A DNA stretch of 64,000 nt from Tepidiformaceae bacterium (GTDB lineage: Bacteria; Chloroflexota; Dehalococcoidia; Tepidiformales; Tepidiformaceae). A model generated the notes under the pieces. That model was not told the DNA's origin. It saw nothing but the letters and a program-made list of their open reading frames with translations, and ran no database searches. Below, piece after piece: positions 60,218 through 64,000 of this stretch; positions within the stretch are counted from its first letter, which is position 1, and each line of letters begins with the position of its first letter. A program made the position numbers and the translations under genes. Location: positions 2,530,951 through 2,594,950 of the forward strand of contig OZ253575.1 of assembly GCA_965262975.1 (NCBI GenBank). Reading direction: 5' to 3'.

Positions 60218-61704
60218 TGCGCGACTTCACCCTCTTCATTCCCGAGTACATCGCCGTGGCGGCGGCGGTCGGCATCCTCGCGGCAGAGCTCATCTGGCCG
60301 AAGATCCGCAAGGACTACCTTGCCTACGCAACCGCGGCGGGCGCGCTGGGCTGGCTGATCGCGGCCATCCCCTACATCGGGCACACCGCCGGGAACTTCG
60401 AGGGCCTCCTCCGCACCGACGACTTCACCACCTACTTCCGCATCCTCGCGGCGGGCATCGTGATGGTGATCTCGCTCCTCTCGGCGCACTACATGCGCGA
60501 CAAGACGAGCACCGCGGGCGAGTACTACAGCCTCCTGCTGGTGGGCGGCACGGGCATGGTGTTGATGGCCGCCGCGCAGGAGCTGCTGACGGCCTACATC
60601 TCGCTCGAGCTGCTGAGCTTCTCCCTCTACATCCTCGTCGGCTACCTGAAGCGCGACCGCCTCAGCAACGAGGCCAGCCTGAAGTACATCCTGCTGGGCG
60701 CCTTCTCCAGCGCCATGCTGCTCTACGGCATCAGCCTCATCTACGGCGTGACGGGCAGCACCAGCTACGAGGGCATTGCCGAGGGACTGGCCGCCCGGGG
60801 CGGCGACACAGACGCAGCCGCCATCGTCGGGATCATGCTGATCATCGCGGGCGTGGGCTTCAAGGTGTCGGCGGCGCCCTTCCACATGTGGGCGCCCGAC
60901 GCCTACCAGGGCGCGCCGCTGCCGATCACGGCGTTCCTCTCGACCGCCTCCAAGGCGGCCGGTTTCGCCCTCATCCTGCGACTCTTCACGGGCGCCCTCG
61001 TCGTCGACGCGGTCGAGTGGCGGGCGGCGCTGGCGGCGCTGGCGGCGATCACGATGACGGCCGGGAACCTCCTCGCCATCCAGCAGACGAACCTGAAGCG
61101 GCTGATCGCCTACAGCTCGATCGGGCAGGTGGGCTACATGCTCGTCGCCATCGCCGCCATCGGCTACGGCGATGCGGTCACGGCGGAGAGCGTATCGAGC
61201 GCGCTTCTGCTGCACATCGTCGGGTACACGGCCTCCACGCTGGCGCTCTTCACGGCGCTCACGGCGCACTACAACCGCACGGGCGACGACAGCATCGCGG
61301 GGCTGCGGGGGCTGGCGGCGACGCAGCCGTTCCTGGCGCTGGTGATCACGGCCTCGCTCTTCTCATTCGCGGGGCTGCCGTTCTTCGCGGGCTTCACGAC
61401 GAAGCTGCTGCTGTTCCAGTCGAGCACCACCGACGGGTTGCTGTGGCTGGTGGGCCTGGCGGCGGCGAACAGCTTCGTGAGCCTCTACTACTACTTGATG
61501 GTCATGCGCCAGATGTACCTGTTCGACCCGCCCGAGGGGCAGACGCGCTTCCGGCCCACGCCCCTGCTGGGCGCCCTGGCGGGACTGCTCTTGCTTGGCG
61601 TGATCTTTGTCGGCGTCTACCCGCAGCCGCTCTTCGAGGCTACCGACCAGGCGGCCTCGGCCCTCTTTGAAGTGAGCGCCGCCGTCCTCGCGTACGCCCC
61701 GTAG
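60217..61704 (+). CDS. nuoN: NADH-quinone oxidoreductase subunit N
   Basis: ATG 60217, in frame within ORF 60154..61704 and overlapping the nuoM stop by its first nucleotide: MRDFTLFIPEYIAVAAAV...GVGFKVSAAPFHMWAPDAYQGAPLPITAFLSTASKAAG... Confidence 0.94.
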   Translation: MRDFTLFIPEYIAVAAAVGILAAELIWPKIRKDYLAYATAAGALGWLIAAIPYIGHTAGNFEGLLRTDDFTTYFRILAAGIVMVISLLSAHYMRDKTSTAGEYYSLLLVGGTGMVLMAAAQELLTAYISLELLSFSLYILVGYLKRDRLSNEASLKYILLGAFSSAMLLYGISLIYGVTGSTSYEGIAEGLAARGGDTDAAAIVGIMLIIAGVGFKVSAAPFHMWAPDAYQGAPLPITAFLSTASKAAGFALILRLFTGALVVDAVEWRAALAALAAITMTAGNLLAIQQTNLKRLIAYSSIGQVGYMLVAIAAIGYGDAVTAESVSSALLLHIVGYTASTLALFTALTAHYNRTGDDSIAGLRGLAATQPFLALVITASLFSFAGLPFFAGFTTKLLLFQSSTTDGLLWLVGLAAANSFVSLYYYLMVMRQMYLFDPPEGQTRFRPTPLLGALAGLLLLGVIFVGVYPQPLFEATDQAASALFEVSAAVLAYAP

Positions 61705-61716
61705 CCCCACCCTCTG

Positions 61717-62031
61717 ATGCCAGCGGACCTGGAAGCAATCGTGGCCGCGGCAAGGCGGCCAGGGGGCATCCGTCTCACCCTCCACTATCGGAACCACCGA
61801 GTACACGAGCCGGACCGTCCATCGCACGAGGAGATCACATTCGGGCTTGGCAGCGACGCACCAGAAATCACCCGTGACGATGGTGGCCGAAACGATCCTC
61901 GGGGGCCCGTCTGCTCGGTCACCTGTGAGGGGCCCGACGGCAACCGATTCGTGGTTCGCCTAAACTATGCGGTGCGCCCCATGCGTGTGATCACCGCCTT
62001 CCAGGCGCGCCGGGAGGAGCAAGATGGCTGA
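61717..62031 (+). CDS. DUF4258-like small protein (putative toxin-type fold)
   Basis: 104 aa: ...IRLTLHYRNHRVHEPDRPSHEEITFGLGSDAPEITRDD...CEGPDGNRFVVRLNYAVRPMRVITAFQAR. This fits the H..R....i..eei...l ... vv.....vITa(f/y) layout of DUF4258. The assignment is by pattern only. Confidence 0.5.
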   Translation: MPADLEAIVAAARRPGGIRLTLHYRNHRVHEPDRPSHEEITFGLGSDAPEITRDDGGRNDPRGPVCSVTCEGPDGNRFVVRLNYAVRPMRVITAFQARREEQDG

Positions 62032-62725
62032 ACATGTTGCCCCGCAGCCGCTTCCCGTGTATGTCGATGGGGACCGTGTTTGGCGCGAAGTCTTTCCCGT
62101 GATCGTCGCCGAGGACGGCGAGCGGTTGGTCTCGTTCGAGACAGCCACGCAGATGGAAGCGCGCGAGAAGCACTACCGCGAACTGGCCAGGCGGGACGAG
62201 CTCCCCGAGCCAACCGCACGTGTCGAGCGGGAAGCCGAGGCGCCGCCATCGGGACCGCCCCGCGTCATCGAAACGCGCATGGAGCCGATGACTGTGCACG
62301 AGGAGGGCGACCACGTCTGGGAGGAGGAGTTCCCCGCGGTCGTGTACGACGACGGCCACGTGACGTTCGACATCGCGGTCTCCCACGAAATCGACGCGCG
62401 ACGCGCCCACTACGCGGAGCTGGCCGAGCGGGGCGAACTCCCCGAACCGACCGGCCGCGCCCGCCCGAACCCACCCGCCCCGAAGACGCCCTGCGTCGTC
62501 GGGACTCGCACGCAGTCCGTCCCCGTCTACCAGGAGGGGAACCGTCTCTGGCAGGAGGACTTCCCCGTCGTGGTATTCGACGACGGTGAGATCGGCCTGG
62601 AGGATGCGAACGTCCGCGAGTGGGAGGCGCGCCACAGGCACTACATCGAACTCGCGAAGCGTGGCGAACTCCCCAGGGCCGACGGTGAGCCGGAGAAGGG
62701 CTCGCACGAGGCGGCCGGCGGCTAG
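62024..62725 (+). CDS. Hypothetical protein built of three ~77-aa tandem repeats
   Basis: The start overlaps the upstream gene by 8 nt. Repeats: PLPVYVDGDRVWREVFPVIVAEDGE...EAREKHYRELARRDELPEPT / PMTVHEEGDHVWEEEFPAVVYDDGH...DARRAHYAELAERGELPEPT / SVPVYQEGNRLWQEDFPVVVFDDGE...EARHRHYIELAKRGELPRAD. Confidence 0.65.
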   Translation: MAEHVAPQPLPVYVDGDRVWREVFPVIVAEDGERLVSFETATQMEAREKHYRELARRDELPEPTARVEREAEAPPSGPPRVIETRMEPMTVHEEGDHVWEEEFPAVVYDDGHVTFDIAVSHEIDARRAHYAELAERGELPEPTGRARPNPPAPKTPCVVGTRTQSVPVYQEGNRLWQEDFPVVVFDDGEIGLEDANVREWEARHRHYIELAKRGELPRADGEPEKGSHEAAGG

Positions 62726-63039
62726 CTTTCTTCGATGTCCCCGAGACTGATGGTGTCGTCGCCGCCGTCGGCGTCGCCGTAGACGCCCGCGGGGACGCCC
62801 TTCCAGACAGTCACGACGAAGTCCTCGCGGAAGGGATCGGCGGTCATCGCGAGCTGCTCGTCGACCGCGTCGATGAGTTCACGGATGCGCTCGTCGCTGG
62901 CATCGGCGGTGGTGCAGAGGGTGGCGTGGATGTTGGGGGCCTGGATGTGCAGGTCCACGCGCCCGACGATCTGGTTGTCATCGAGCACCGTGTAGGACTC
63001 GGAGTGAGGCGTGCGCACCTCGCGGTCGAAGCTGATCAC
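62722..63039 (-). CDS. Hypothetical acidic protein
   Basis: 105 aa. GTG start overlaps the stop of the upstream repeat gene (GTGA). No family recognised. Confidence 0.5.
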   Translation of the reverse strand: MISFDREVRTPHSESYTVLDDNQIVGRVDLHIQAPNIHATLCTTADASDERIRELIDAVDEQLAMTADPFREDFVVTVWKGVPAGVYGDADGGDDTISLGDIEES

Positions 63040-63341
63040 GTTCCACGCTCCCGGTGTGTAGTGCGCTCGCCCAGTTCGCGCTCGCCCAGATTTTCCAGAC
63101 GCTCGGCTGCTTCGCGCTCGCTCAGATTGTCCAAACGCTCAACTGCTTCGCGCTCGTTCAGATTGTCCAAACGCTCGACTGCTTCGCGCTCGCTCAGATT
63201 GTCCAAACGCTCAACTGCTTCGCGCTCGTTCAGATTGTCCAAACGCTCGACTGCTTCGCGCTCGCTCAGATTGTCCAAACGCTCGACTGCTTCGCGCTCG
63301 CTCAGATTGTCCAAACGCTCGACTGCCTTGCGCTCGCTCAT
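63036..63341 (-). CDS. Hypothetical protein made almost entirely of 12-aa repeats (S/N)EREAVERLDNL
   Basis: ATG 63341, 17 nt downstream of the proA stop, is preferred over the track start 63398, which would overlap proA. MSERKAVERLDNL SEREAVERLDNL (x6-7) ...GERELGERTTHRERGT. Confidence 0.55.
   Translation of the reverse strand: MSERKAVERLDNLSEREAVERLDNLSEREAVERLDNLNEREAVERLDNLSEREAVERLDNLNEREAVERLDNLSEREAAERLENLGERELGERTTHRERGT
63078..63341. repeat. 36-bp tandem repeat array (about 7.3 units) with a 72-bp higher-order duplication
   Basis: + strand unit gcgctcgYtcagattgtccaaacgctcRactgcttc. Units start at 63078, 63114, 63150, 63186, 63222, 63258 and 63294, with a partial unit at 63330. Units 63114/63150 are identical to 63186/63222. 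Confidence 0.9.
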
Positions 63342-63358
63342 CTTCTCAAGATGCTGGC

Positions 63359-64000
63359 TTATGCGGGGCGCACGTGGCCGGCGCCAAGGACTGTCCACTT
63401 GTAGCTTGTGAGCTCCACCAGGCCCATGGGGCCGCGGGCGTGCATCTTCTGCGTGGAGATGCCGATCTCCGCGCCCAGCCCGAACTGCGCGCCGTCGGTG
63501 AACTGCGTGCTCGCGTTCACGTAAACCACAGCGGCGTCCACCTCGTCGGTGAAGCGCATCGCGTTCTCGTAGCTGTCGGTGACGATCGCCTCGCTGTGCT
63601 TGCTGCTGTGCGCCTCGATGTGCGCCAACGCCTCGTCCATGGAGGCGACCACGCGCACGCCCGCGCGCAGGGCCAGATGCTCGGTGTCCCAGTCGTCGGG
63701 CCCGGCGGGCTCGAAGGCAAGGCCGGGAATCTTGAGGCGGCCAAGCAGGTCGAGGGCATCGCCTTCGCCCAGCAGGGTCACCGTTCCCGCCCAGCGCTCC
63801 CCGAGGGAGCGCAGCAGCTCGGGCGCGACCGCCTCGTGCACGAGCAGCGTGTCGAGGGCGTTGCAGATGCTGTAGCGGCGTGTCTTGGCGTTGTCGACGA
63901 CTTCGAGCGCCATCGCGAGGTCGGCCTCTGAGTCCACGTACGTGTGGGAGACGGCCTCGCCGTGCGCGACGACTGGCATGGTCGCGTGCTCGCGCACGTA
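63359..64000 (-). CDS. proA: Gamma-glutamyl phosphate reductase; 5' end lies beyond the window
   Basis: ...RRYSICNALDTLLVHEAVAPELL...HIEAHSSKHSEAIVTDS...VYVNASTQFTDGAQFGLGAEIGISTQKMHARGPMGLVELTSYKW. Canonical ProA C-terminal half. Confidence 0.93.
   Translation of the reverse strand, partial: YVREHATMPVVAHGEAVSHTYVDSEADLAMALEVVDNAKTRRYSICNALDTLLVHEAVAPELLRSLGERWAGTVTLLGEGDALDLLGRLKIPGLAFEPAGPDDWDTEHLALRAGVRVVASMDEALAHIEAHSSKHSEAIVTDSYENAMRFTDEVDAAVVYVNASTQFTDGAQFGLGAEIGISTQKMHARGPMGLVELTSYKWTVLGAGHVRPA

Noticed and set aside
63078-63341. Possible CRISPR array (regular 36-bp repeats)
   Set aside because: The repeats are contiguous with no spacers, stay in one reading frame of an ORF, and no cas genes or leader are nearby. 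This is a coding tandem repeat.

Overview
High-GC bacterial chromosomal window, densely coding on both strands. By hand count, typical coding lines are about 70% G+C. Start/stop overlaps of 4 nt (GTGA/ATGA) are very frequent, and several genes look leaderless, with a TAnnnT -10 box 6-7 nt before the start codon. The phylum cannot be fixed from the sequence alone.

Gene order:
- 3'-truncated ABC exporter.
- CIRCE-controlled groES-groEL plus a 40-codon membrane micro-ORF and a terminator.
- ClC channel with CBS/RCK_C tail, then small hypothetical genes.
- Minus-strand operon: NYN RNase-like protein, giant FtsX permease, two ABC ATPases, orphan HicB. It is preceded by two phased copies of a TTGACA-box/hairpin/U-tract module and is divergent from a second giant FtsX permease.
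- Secreted PT-rich protein.
- Head-to-tail array of four paralogous secreted NHL beta-propeller proteins, each with a duplicated N-terminal module I do not recognise.
- SDR, tRNA-Pro(CGG), DUF302 protein, M23 peptidase, methyltransferase.
- HigB plus a HigA-ImmA fusion with paired operators.
- alr and an Slt-type transglycosylase.
- Partition-type cluster: rpmH, rnpA, yidD, five parS sites, PQQ-propeller lipoprotein, yidC, jag, pfkB-type kinase, parA, parB.
- RidA, orphan HigA, epimerase plus SRPBCC protein.
- A decayed, AT-richer islet.
- lysA and moaC.
- An 11-gene nuoABCDHIJKLMN operon with no nuoEFG, and a NuoI carrying a ~280-aa triple-repeat tail.
- DUF4258-like gene plus a triple-repeat partner, a 36-bp-repeat gene, and 5'-truncated proA.

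No rRNA, CRISPR, transposase or integrase was seen.

Most unusual signals:
1. A conserved GGGGTAATTC-N14-TAGGGT box at five sites, feeding leaderless starts. Three of these are 7-codon uORFs coupled by a GUGA overlap to the main ORF.
2. The NHL paralogue array with its novel module.
3. The phased RNA-like modules in front of the NYN-ABC operon.
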